Assembly (NCBI GenBank): GCA_039925525.1
Contig: JBDSYU010000101.1
Coordinates: forward strand, 1-55,646
Direction of reading: 5' to 3'
Source of the DNA: Variovorax sp.
GTDB taxonomy: Bacteria > Pseudomonadota > Gammaproteobacteria > Burkholderiales > Burkholderiaceae_C
Length of the DNA: 55,646 nucleotides
This document shows, in pieces, positions 32,334-42,477 of the stretch (position 1 is its first letter; the number at the start of each line of letters is the position of its first letter). The notes beneath the pieces are model-generated. The model made no database searches. It saw only the letters and a program-made list of their open reading frames with translations, and was not told the DNA's origin. A program made the translations under genes and the position numbers.

Positions 32334-33494
32334 TCAGGAAATCGTGCCGTGCGTCGCACTTGTCCGAGCGAAATTGTAGTCGAGGCCCCAGCATGCAGCC
32401 GCCTGTTGCAGATCGACCGGCACCTGGGCTTCGAAGGCCAGCGGCACGCCGCTCGCCGGATGCGCGAACGCGAGGCGGAATGCGTGCAAGCCCTGGCGTG
32501 CCAACCCATGCGCGGCACGGCCACCATAAAGGGTATCGCCGACCAATGGATGGCCGATGGCCGCCATGTGCACGCGAATCTGATGCGTGCGGCCCGTCTC
32601 CAAGGTGCACATGACGGCGCAGGCGGTGCCGCTTCGAACTCCGCCACGCGGCGCCGGGCGCGCACGCGCGGCGCTGGCCGCATCTGGTCGCCCCTGCTTT
32701 GCGGCGCCGGCATCGGCACTGCCGTTACCGAGACACTCGACCACCGTCGCAGCGACCTTGCCGGACTGTCGCGCCAGGTCGACCACGGCCATGCGCAGCC
32801 GGTTGCCGGGATCGCGGCCAATGGCGGCCTCGATCCGGCGCGGCGATGCGCCCTGCCAGCTCCCGTGCGCCAGCGCGACATATTGCCGCTGGACCTGCCG
32901 CGCGGCGATCGCCGACACCAGTGCATCCATGGCTGCGCGGGTGCGCGCCACCACCATCAGGCCGGTGGTGTCGCGGTCGAGCCGATGCACGATGCCGGCG
33001 CGTGGCAGCTGCGCCGCTGCAGGGTCATGCGCGAGCAAAGCATTGAGCAGCGTGCCCTGCCAATGCCCGGGCGCCGGATGCACGACCAGGCCCGCCGGCT
33101 TGTCGATGACCAACAGGTGCGCGTCTTGATGTATCACGCGCAGGGCCGGCAGCAATGCCGGCTCGGCGCGAAAGGCCAGGCTTTCGTGGGTCGGCCGCAG
33201 TTCGATCACACCCGCCGCGCCGGCATCCACCTTGGCCGAGGCCTTCTGCGCTGGGCGGCCGGCCAATTCCACCGACCCACCTTCGATCAGCTGCTGAAGA
33301 TAGCTGCGTGAAAACTCCGGCACCAGCCGGGCCAGCGCCCGATCGAGTCGCTGGCCATGCAAAGTGGCGTCGATGACGAAAGCGCGCCGCTCCGCTGCAT
33401 CCTCCGGCTCGGCGCTGTCGATGGCGCTCAGCTGCCGCTGGTCGCTGTCAAGCTCGCCATGGACTGACGCCACGACTTCACAAGGTCGAACCAT
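32334..33494 (-). CDS. rluD: 23S rRNA pseudouridine synthase RluD (RluA family)
   Basis: QRLDRAL S4 domain, DKPAGLVVHP, IVHRLDRDTTGL, LETGRTHQIRVH; divergent from bamD; start uncertain. Confidence 0.92.
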   Translation of the reverse strand: MVRPCEVVASVHGELDSDQRQLSAIDSAEPEDAAERRAFVIDATLHGQRLDRALARLVPEFSRSYLQQLIEGGSVELAGRPAQKASAKVDAGAAGVIELRPTHESLAFRAEPALLPALRVIHQDAHLLVIDKPAGLVVHPAPGHWQGTLLNALLAHDPAAAQLPRAGIVHRLDRDTTGLMVVARTRAAMDALVSAIAARQVQRQYVALAHGSWQGASPRRIEAAIGRDPGNRLRMAVVDLARQSGKVAATVVECLGNGSADAGAAKQGRPDAASAARARPAPRGGVRSGTACAVMCTLETGRTHQIRVHMAAIGHPLVGDTLYGGRAAHGLARQGLHAFRLAFAHPASGVPLAFEAQVPVDLQQAAACWGLDYNFARTSATHGTIS

Positions 33495-33499
33495 ATAAT
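33494..33499 (+). promoter_or_regulatory. Putative -10 element of bamD promoter
   Basis: Perfect TATAAT in GC-rich context about 34 nt upstream of the bamD ATG. Confidence 0.45.
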
Positions 33500-33532
33500 T
33501 TCGGCTTGCTTTTTCCAAGAGAGGCGTGGCTC

Positions 33533-34342
33533 ATGAACCACTTGAAATTATCGTCGCTCGGTAGGCCTTTGGCGCTGTGCGCCTTCGTCGGCATTCTGGG
33601 GGGCTGCGCCGCTTCGAACGTCGACAAGACGGCCAACTGGAGCCCCAACCGAATCTATGCCGAAGCCAAGGATGAGGCCGATTCGGGCTCGTGGGACAAA
33701 GCCGTACCGCTGTATGAAAAGCTCGAAGGGCGCGCGGCCGGCACTACCTTGGCACAGCAGGCGCAGATCGACAAGGCCTACGCGCAGTACAAGGCCGGCG
33801 ACAAACCCGGCGCCATCGCCACCCTGGATCGCTTCATCAAGTTGAACCCGGCCAGCCCGGCGCTGGACTATGCCATCTACCTGAAGGGCATCGTCAATTT
33901 CAACGACGACCTCGGATTGTTCTCGTTCATCTCGCGCCAGGACTTGTCCGAACGCGATCAGAAGGCGGCCAAGGAATCATTCGCCTCGTTCAAGGAAGTG
34001 GCCGAGCGCTTCCCCGAATCGCGCTATGCGCGAGATGCGCGGCAGCGCATGACCTATATTGTCAATTCGCTGGCACAGTACGAAGTCCATGTGGCGCGCT
34101 ACTACTACTCGCGCGGCGCCTACCTCGCAGCCATCAACCGCGCGCAGATCGCGTTGGCGGACTATCGCGAAGTGCCGGCGCTCGAAGAGGCGTTGTACAT
34201 CATGATCAGGTCGTATGACGCGCTGGGCCTGACGCAACTGCGCGACGACAGCCAGCGCGTGTTACTGGCCAGCTATCCGAACAGCGACTATGTGGCCAAC
34301 GGGTTTCGCGGACGTGGCGATCCCTGGTGGAAATTCTGGTAG
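33533..34342 (+). CDS. bamD: Outer membrane protein assembly factor BamD
   Basis: Lipobox LGGC, TPRs, RFPESRYA, VARYY..RGAY.AAINRA, C-terminal PWWKFW. Confidence 0.96.
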   Translation: MNHLKLSSLGRPLALCAFVGILGGCAASNVDKTANWSPNRIYAEAKDEADSGSWDKAVPLYEKLEGRAAGTTLAQQAQIDKAYAQYKAGDKPGAIATLDRFIKLNPASPALDYAIYLKGIVNFNDDLGLFSFISRQDLSERDQKAAKESFASFKEVAERFPESRYARDARQRMTYIVNSLAQYEVHVARYYYSRGAYLAAINRAQIALADYREVPALEEALYIMIRSYDALGLTQLRDDSQRVLLASYPNSDYVANGFRGRGDPWWKFW

Positions 34343-36396
34343 ACCAGGCTTTCGAGCGCCAGATCGAATTCCAGCTGGTTGGCCAAGCGCCGCATCGGCG
34401 GCAGCGCCGCCAATAGACGCCTTCCGTAGGGCATCTGAACCAGCCGCGTATCGCATAGCAGCAGCACGCCGCGATCGTCCTCGCTGCGAATGAGCCGCCC
34501 GGCACCCTGCTTCAGCGCGACGGCCGCCTCCGGCAGCGAATAATCGTTGAAGGCATTGCGGCCTTCGGCTTCGAGCCGCCGCGAGCGCGCCTGCACCAGG
34601 GGGTCGCTCGGAGGCGGGAACGGCAGCTTGTCGATCACCACCAGTTGCAGCGCATCGCCCGGCACGTCGAAGCCTTCCCAGAACGACGCGGACGCCACCA
34701 GCACGCAACCCGGCGCACCGGCGCCGGCGCCATCGCGAAAGCGTTGCATCAAAACGCGCTTGGGTTGCTGGCCTTGGAGCAACACCTCGATCGCAGCCGC
34801 CTCGCCCACATCGCCAGTGCGCTCGCCAAAGGCTGCCTGCAGCTCGGCGCCGATGGCCCGGAGTGCGCGCAGCGTGGTCGTGAGGACCAGCGTGCGCCCG
34901 CCGAGGGTGCGCACGGCCCGCTCGACCAATTGCGCGACGGCGCTGCTGTGACCGGGATCATTGGGCCGCGGCAGCGCTTGTGGCACATAGAGGCTCGCTT
35001 GCGCCGCATAGTCGAACGGGCTGTCGACCCGCAACCGCTCGGCCTCTTCGAGGCCGCAGGGCTCGGTGAACCAGCGCAGCCGTGGCTCGTCGCCCAGCGT
35101 GGCCGAGGTGAAGATGAACGAGCGGGTCGATTCGGCCTGTTCGCCAGACGCTCGCTTGAACACGCGTTGCTGCAGCGCCTCGGCAATGTCCAGTGGCGAT
35201 TCGACCAGTCGAAGCTGCAGGCCGACATCGACCCAGCGCACCGCCGTCTCGTTGCAGGGCAGGACGAAGCCGCTGCCGCGCGCTGCGAGCGCGCGTGCGC
35301 GTTCGGCCAGACGAACGAAATCGGGCGACAGCTCGCTGACCGTGTCGAGCGCTTCGGCCACATGGTCGAAGGCCTGCGTCAGCGCCGCCAGCGCGTCGCT
35401 CCAGGCCAGGGGCTCGATGCCCTCGGGCGCCAGCCCGGTCCAGCGCAATTTGGCGCCGGGCCATTGGTGTCCCACGACCAAGCGCAACTCACGGGCACAG
35501 CGTTCAAGTTCCGCGGCCAATTGCGGCCAGTCGACCAGACCGCGGGCATGTTGCAGGCCGGCCGCAAGTACGTCGCGCCCGAGATCGAGCACCTGGCCGG
35601 TACCAATCTGCTGCCCGAGAAACTGCACCCCGGTTTCGTTGAGCTGGTGGGCTTCGTCGAAGATCACCACACGCATCGTCGGCAGCAGTTCGGCCATGCC
35701 GCTTTCGCGCACCGCCAGGTCGGCAAAAAAGAGGTGGTGGTTGATCACCACCAAGTCCGCAGCCATGGCTTCCTTGCGCGCCAGGTTCACATGGCAGGCG
35801 CGGAACTGCGGACACTGCGAACCCAGGCAGTTCTCCCGCGTCGAGGTGACCAACGGGATCAGCGGCGATCGCTCGTCCAGGCCCGGAAGTTCGGCCAGGT
35901 CACCGCTGCGCGTGGTTTTCGCCCATTGCTCGATCTTCGCCAGCGTTCGCAAGCTACCGCGTCCGGACAGCGCCGATTCGCGCCGCGCCAGCTCGAGGCG
36001 ATGCAGGCACAGATAGCTGGCGCGCCCCTTGAGCAGCGCACTGGACAGGGGCAGCCCCAGAGCCTTGGCCAGCCGCGGGAGGTCACGTCCGAACAACTGA
36101 TCCTGAAGCGTCTTGGTGGCGGTCGAAAGCAGGACCCTTTCGCCACAGAGCAACGCCGGCACCAGGTAGGCATAGGTTTTACCAACGCCGGTGCCGGCCT
36201 CGACGACCAGGCAACCGCCGGTCTCGATGGTGTTGGCTACCGCCAGCGCCATCTCGGTCTGACCCGCGCGGCTGCGGAATGGGTCGGCCGCACGGGTCAG
36301 TACGCCGTCCGCGTCAAAACAAGCCGCCACCCGGTTGGCCAGGGAATCGCTCGGCGAGGGATGCTGCGGGGAATCAGTCAAGATCGGCGCCCGCAC
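34288..36396 (-). CDS. ATP-dependent DNA helicase, DinG/YoaA family
   Basis: EAGTGVGKT, KGRASYLC and Fe-S cysteines, DEAH, FWEGFDVPG, KQGAGRLIR. Confidence 0.93.
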   Translation of the reverse strand: MRAPILTDSPQHPSPSDSLANRVAACFDADGVLTRAADPFRSRAGQTEMALAVANTIETGGCLVVEAGTGVGKTYAYLVPALLCGERVLLSTATKTLQDQLFGRDLPRLAKALGLPLSSALLKGRASYLCLHRLELARRESALSGRGSLRTLAKIEQWAKTTRSGDLAELPGLDERSPLIPLVTSTRENCLGSQCPQFRACHVNLARKEAMAADLVVINHHLFFADLAVRESGMAELLPTMRVVIFDEAHQLNETGVQFLGQQIGTGQVLDLGRDVLAAGLQHARGLVDWPQLAAELERCARELRLVVGHQWPGAKLRWTGLAPEGIEPLAWSDALAALTQAFDHVAEALDTVSELSPDFVRLAERARALAARGSGFVLPCNETAVRWVDVGLQLRLVESPLDIAEALQQRVFKRASGEQAESTRSFIFTSATLGDEPRLRWFTEPCGLEEAERLRVDSPFDYAAQASLYVPQALPRPNDPGHSSAVAQLVERAVRTLGGRTLVLTTTLRALRAIGAELQAAFGERTGDVGEAAAIEVLLQGQQPKRVLMQRFRDGAGAGAPGCVLVASASFWEGFDVPGDALQLVVIDKLPFPPPSDPLVQARSRRLEAEGRNAFNDYSLPEAAVALKQGAGRLIRSEDDRGVLLLCDTRLVQMPYGRRLLAALPPMRRLANQLEFDLALESLVYQNFHQGSPRPRNPLAT

Positions 36397-36616
36397 GATC
36401 CGGGCGAGCCAAAGGAAGACGGGCGAAAGGAGATGAATGACGCAAAACCTGCATCAAGGCGTTATCTCTGGCGCCGAATCCGCACCCATAATACTTCGCC
36501 ATGGCGCTCGTCCCTCCCCCCCGAACTAGCGGCTGCGCGCCGCTTCGCGCATCCCTGCGGCAGGCGGGCCAACGCACCTCCCGTTTTAGTGTGAACAGGC
36601 CCCTAGAGGTTGACTG

Positions 36617-37465
36617 ATGAGCCGGAACTTGAGACTGACCGCTGCAACGGGCATCCACAAAGGCGATCGACCGTATCAGCAGGACCAGGTGCTGTTGATG
36701 CAGCATCCGCACTTTCCCACCTGCATTCTCGGAGTGCTGGCCGACGGCATGGGCGGGCGCAGCGGTGGGCGCAAGGCCTCCGATCAGGTCATTCTGTCGG
36801 CGCGGCAACTGTTCAGTCGCTTTTCCCCGAGTCAGGACGAGGCAAGCGCAGTGCTCATCCAACTCCTCGAGGATGCGCACATGGTGATCAAGCTCACCGC
36901 CCTGTCCAGTGAACAGGAACCGCACAGCACGGTGGCGGCCTTTATCGTCAACCCGGACGGTGCATGCGTCTGGGTGCACGCCGGCGACTCACGCATTTAC
37001 CATTTTCGGCGCGGCCGCTTGGTCGACCGTACGGTCGATCACTCTTATGTGCAGTTGCTGGTGGATCGTGGCGAGCTGAGCCCAGAAGAAGCGAACAACC
37101 ATCCTCAAGCCAACATCCTGCTGGCCTGCCTGGGCATGTCGTCGACCCCGCCGGAGGTGGAAACGCACACGATTGCCCAATTGAAACGCCACGATGTGCT
37201 GCTCTTGTGCAGCGACGGTCTGTGGCATTACTTCAGTCCTGAGGAACTGGGCGCCGTGGTGGCCGAGCATCCGCCGCGAGAGGCCGTGGAGTTGCTCATG
37301 ACCGAAGCGCGCCAGCGCGCTCGTGGCGCAGGCGACAACCTTTCGCTGGCCATCCTCAAGCTGGAATCAAGCAGGGTGTTGACGTCGTCTCCGTCTCCGT
37401 CGCCGTCGCCCGCGCCCGCGCCAGCACCAGCGCGGGAAGCAGCCAAACGAACGGCAAAGAACTGA
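36617..37465 (+). CDS. PP2C family Ser/Thr protein phosphatase
   Basis: RPYQQD, LADGMGG, HAGDSRIY, DHS, CSDGLW, GDNLS. Confidence 0.92.
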   Translation: MSRNLRLTAATGIHKGDRPYQQDQVLLMQHPHFPTCILGVLADGMGGRSGGRKASDQVILSARQLFSRFSPSQDEASAVLIQLLEDAHMVIKLTALSSEQEPHSTVAAFIVNPDGACVWVHAGDSRIYHFRRGRLVDRTVDHSYVQLLVDRGELSPEEANNHPQANILLACLGMSSTPPEVETHTIAQLKRHDVLLLCSDGLWHYFSPEELGAVVAEHPPREAVELLMTEARQRARGAGDNLSLAILKLESSRVLTSSPSPSPSPAPAPAPAREAAKRTAKN

Positions 37466-37468
37466 TTT

Positions 37469-38236
37469 TCAGCGCGGTGCGACGGCCGACGGAGATGACG
37501 GCTTAACAGTTGGCGTCGGCGATAGCGCCGGCGCAGCCGCATTCGACGAAGACAGCGGCAATGATGCAGCCGCTGGCGCACTTGCAGCAGACAGCGGCAA
37601 TGGTGCAGGCACTGGCGCTTCAGGTAGGCCAGGCTGGCGCGGCTTGGTACGAGACGCGTTGCGTCGCAGGACCTCCTCTCGGTGCCGTTCGGCCGCTTCC
37701 CGCTTCTGCAGATAGCGCTGCCGCTCTGCTTCCGACTGCCCGGAGCGTTCTGCGGCATTTGCGCGCTTCTCGGCAAACTCGCGTTGCTTCCTTTCATACC
37801 GCGCGGCATTTTCGGCGGCGGCGTTGACCCTGCCTGCACGCTGCTGCACCCGTTCGGCCGCCTCGGCCTCACGCCGTTGCCGTGTGTCCCGCGATGCCTC
37901 GATCTTGCGCGCCACATCGGCCGGATCCTTTTTGCTGTCTTCCAGGCGCTGCAACGCCTGGCTGGCACGCTTGTCGCGCGCCACGTCGTTGAGGACTGTT
38001 TCCTGGCGGCGCAATGCATCCGACGCTTCGCGCTCGCGCACCCGGCTTCCTTCAAGACACGACGCCACAACGAACTTCTTGTAGCAGGCAGCGCGTTCCT
38101 GTGCACTGGTACGCGCCAAGGCAGTGCGCTCCCGAGCGATACGCGCACGTTCGGCTGCGTCGTCCACGCCGCCGCTCTGAGCGGTCGCCGCGCCAGCAGC
38201 CAGCGCTGCGAGCCATGCAATCAAGGCGTTTTTCAT
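37469..38236 (-). CDS. Hypothetical exported coiled-coil protein
   Basis: ATG 38236; signal peptide, CYKKFVVASC, charged helical body, Pro/Ala/Ser tail. Confidence 0.72.
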   Translation of the reverse strand: MKNALIAWLAALAAGAATAQSGGVDDAAERARIARERTALARTSAQERAACYKKFVVASCLEGSRVREREASDALRRQETVLNDVARDKRASQALQRLEDSKKDPADVARKIEASRDTRQRREAEAAERVQQRAGRVNAAAENAARYERKQREFAEKRANAAERSGQSEAERQRYLQKREAAERHREEVLRRNASRTKPRQPGLPEAPVPAPLPLSAASAPAAASLPLSSSNAAAPALSPTPTVKPSSPSAVAPR

Positions 38237-38287
38237 GTCAATGCGCGATCGGTGTTGGGGGCGGCCACGGGCGGCCAAACCACGAGC

Positions 38288-39388
38288 TTATACAAGCGCA
38301 GTGTCGACCACCCGCCGCGCCTGCGCCAGGAACTCCGGCGACTGCATTTCCGTCAAGCGCGAGACGGTACGCACGAACTCATGCGCCAACGGTCCCTCTG
38401 TATACAGCAGCTCAGGCGGCACTGCGGCCGACAAGATGAGCTTGACGCGGCGGTCGTACAGCACGTCGACCAGCCAGGTGAAGCGCCGCGCCTCCGAGGC
38501 CATGCGCACTGACATCTGCGGTACATCCGACAGCAGCACGGTGTGGAATTGACTGGCGATTTCCAGGTAATCGTTCTGCGAACGCGGTCCGCCGCAGATC
38601 CGCTTGAAATCGAACCAAACGACACCACCGGCCTTGCGCCGGGCCGTGATCGATCGCGATTCGATACGCAGCACCGGCTCTTCGTCGGCGCTCTCGGCCA
38701 AGCGCTCGAAGGCGCTGCGCATCTCGCGGTCGGCGTCGGCACCATTGGGTACGAGCACCATCCGCATATGCTCGAAGGCGCCCTGCCGGTAGTCGACGCC
38801 GTGATCGACATTCACCACCTCGAGCCGCTGGTTTAACAAGGCAATCGCCGGGAGGATGCGATCACGATGCAGGCCGTCGGGATAAAGGTCGTCGGGCTTG
38901 AAGTTTGAGGTGGTGACAAAGCCAACTTCGTGCGCGAACAGCGACTCGAGCAGGCGATACAAGATCATCGCGTCGGTGATGTCGGAGACGTGGAATTCGT
39001 CGAAACAGATCAGCTTGTAACGCGCCGCCATGCGCCGGCCCAGCTCATGCAACGGATTGGCCGTTCCCTGCAATTGCGTGAGCTGCCGATGGACCTCGCG
39101 CATGAACTCGTGGAAATGCAGGCGCGTCTTGCGCTTGATCGGCACCGCTTGATAAAAGCAGTCCATCAGAAAGCTCTTTCCGCGACCGACGCCGCCATAC
39201 AGATAAACCCCGCGCGGGATCTCTATTCGGTTAATCAGTTTCTTGAAGGCGTTGGAGCGCCGCGCCCGATAGTCCGCCCATTCATTGGCGCAACGCTCCA
39301 GGCTGGCCAACGCAGCCAGCTGCGCGGGATCGCTGTGGAAGCCCCGCGCCGCCAGTTCGCTGCGGTAGATGTCCTCTACGCGGGTCAA
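38288..39388 (-). CDS. zapE: Cell division ATPase ZapE (AFG1 family)
   Basis: GVYLYGGVGRGKSFLMD, FHEFM, CFDEF, TSN, LVDVLYD. Confidence 0.94.
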   Translation of the reverse strand: MTRVEDIYRSELAARGFHSDPAQLAALASLERCANEWADYRARRSNAFKKLINRIEIPRGVYLYGGVGRGKSFLMDCFYQAVPIKRKTRLHFHEFMREVHRQLTQLQGTANPLHELGRRMAARYKLICFDEFHVSDITDAMILYRLLESLFAHEVGFVTTSNFKPDDLYPDGLHRDRILPAIALLNQRLEVVNVDHGVDYRQGAFEHMRMVLVPNGADADREMRSAFERLAESADEEPVLRIESRSITARRKAGGVVWFDFKRICGGPRSQNDYLEIASQFHTVLLSDVPQMSVRMASEARRFTWLVDVLYDRRVKLILSAAVPPELLYTEGPLAHEFVRTVSRLTEMQSPEFLAQARRVVDTALV

Positions 39389-39511
39389 CCTGGAAACCGC
39401 AGTTGACCGCTTGCATCCACCGGACAGGCCGCATCTACCTTGGCTTTTTTGGCTTCGATCAAGCTAGACTTTTCAGTAAGAGCGCTATCCGCCCGACTGC
39501 AGTTTCCAGGT

Positions 39512-40939
39512 TCAAAAATTCAGGGCGCGCTTGTCGACCGCCAACGCGGCTTCCTTGGTCGACTCGGACAAGGTGGGGTGGGCATGGCAGATGCGCGCGA
39601 TGTCTTCGCTGCTGGCGCGAAAGGCCATGGCCATCACCGCTTCGGCAATCAGCTCGCTGGCCATCGGTCCGACGATGTGCACGCCCAGCACCTCGTCGCT
39701 GTCAGCGTCGGCAATCACCTTGACCATCCCCGTGGTGTCGCCAATGGCCCGGGCGCGACCGTTGGCAAGGAACGGGAAGCTGCCCGCCTTGTAAGCACGG
39801 CCGGCGGCCTTCAACTGCTCTTCGGTCTGGCCGACCCAGGCGATTTCCGGATGGGTGTATATCACCCAGGGAACGGTGTTGAAATCGACATGGCCGTGCT
39901 GCCCGCCGATGCGCTCGGCCACCGCCACACCCTCTTCCTCGGCCTTGTGCGCCAGCATCGGCCCGCGCACCACGTCGCCGACGGCCCAGACGTTGGGCAG
40001 GTTGGTGCGGCACTCTTCGTCGACGACGATGGCGCCGCGCTCATCGAGCTTCAAGTCGACGGCATCGGCGCCCAGGCCGATGGTATTGGCGACACGACCG
40101 ATCGAGACGATGAGCTTGTCGACCACCAGCGTCTGCGCCTCGCCCTTGGCCGTGGTGTAGGCGACGCTGACGCCGTCTTTGCCGGGCTTGATCTCGCCGA
40201 CCTTGACGCCGAGTTCGATCTGGAGGCCCTGCTTGGTGAACTGCTTGTGCGCCTCCTTGGCAATCTGCTGATCGACCGCGCCGAGAAAGGTCGGCAAGCC
40301 TTCAAGCACCATCACGTCAGCGCCGAGTCGGCGCCAGACCGACCCCATTTCCAGCCCGATGACACCCGCGCCAATCAGGCCCAATTTTTTCGGCACAGCG
40401 TTGATACGCAGGGCACCGTCGTTCGACAGGATCGTTTGTTCGTCGAAGGGCGCGCCGGGGAGTGCGCGCGCATTGGAGCCGGTGGCAACAACGATGTGCT
40501 TGCCAACGATCGACTCTTCCTTGACGCCGCTGATCTTGATTTCGTAGCCACCCTCGGCGGCTTTGCTGAAAGTGCCGCGGCCATGGAAAAAGCTGACCTT
40601 GTTCTTCTTGAACAGATACAGGATGCCGTCGTTGTTCTGTCGCACCACCGAATCTTTGCGCTTCTGCATTTGCGCCAGGTCAAGCTCCAAACCTTTCACG
40701 TTGATGCCGTGCTCAGCGAAGTGCTTGCCGGCGTTTTCGTAGTTCTCGGACGACTGCAGCAGCGCCTTCGAGGGAACGCAACCGACGTTGGTGCACGTGC
40801 CACCCGGCGCCGGCCCGCCCTTGGCGTTCTTCCATTCGTCGATACAAGCGACCTGGAAGCCCAGTTGCGCCGCGCGAATGGCAGCGATGTAGCCACCGGG
40901 GCCGCCGCCGATGACGACCACGTCGAATTGCTGACTCAT
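39512..40939 (-). CDS. lpdA: Dihydrolipoyl dehydrogenase (E3, 2-oxoglutarate dehydrogenase operon)
   Basis: GGGPGGY, GGTCTNVGCVPSK, HAHPTLSE. Confidence 0.97.
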   Translation of the reverse strand: MSQQFDVVVIGGGPGGYIAAIRAAQLGFQVACIDEWKNAKGGPAPGGTCTNVGCVPSKALLQSSENYENAGKHFAEHGINVKGLELDLAQMQKRKDSVVRQNNDGILYLFKKNKVSFFHGRGTFSKAAEGGYEIKISGVKEESIVGKHIVVATGSNARALPGAPFDEQTILSNDGALRINAVPKKLGLIGAGVIGLEMGSVWRRLGADVMVLEGLPTFLGAVDQQIAKEAHKQFTKQGLQIELGVKVGEIKPGKDGVSVAYTTAKGEAQTLVVDKLIVSIGRVANTIGLGADAVDLKLDERGAIVVDEECRTNLPNVWAVGDVVRGPMLAHKAEEEGVAVAERIGGQHGHVDFNTVPWVIYTHPEIAWVGQTEEQLKAAGRAYKAGSFPFLANGRARAIGDTTGMVKVIADADSDEVLGVHIVGPMASELIAEAVMAMAFRASSEDIARICHAHPTLSESTKEAALAVDKRALNF

Positions 40940-40952
40940 GGTGCAGAGCCGA

Positions 40953-42302
<1,350 letters not shown>

Positions 42303-42357
42303 GACAGTTCTTTGTTTGTGCAGGGGAAACAGGCGCTGGCGCGACCGCACCTGAAAA

Positions 42358-42468
42358 TAGTTCGGTAGCGCGGCTGCGTCTTGGTAGTTTGGTTGCGCGG
42401 CTGAGTCTTACGTAGTTTCATTGCGCAGCTGCGCCTTAAGACGTTTCATTGCGCGACTGCGCCTTGCA
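42358..42468. repeat. Degenerate tandem array, 4 x 27-28 bp
   Basis: Units start at 42358, 42385, 42413, 42441; consensus about TAGTTTnnTTGCGCGGCTGCGYCTT. Confidence 0.75.
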
Positions 42469-42477
42469 GTGCGTTTG

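Noticed and set aside
42358-42468. CRISPR array or coding repeat (ORF 42191-42421)
   Set aside because: No spacers, period not a multiple of 3, and the ORF overlaps sucB out of frame
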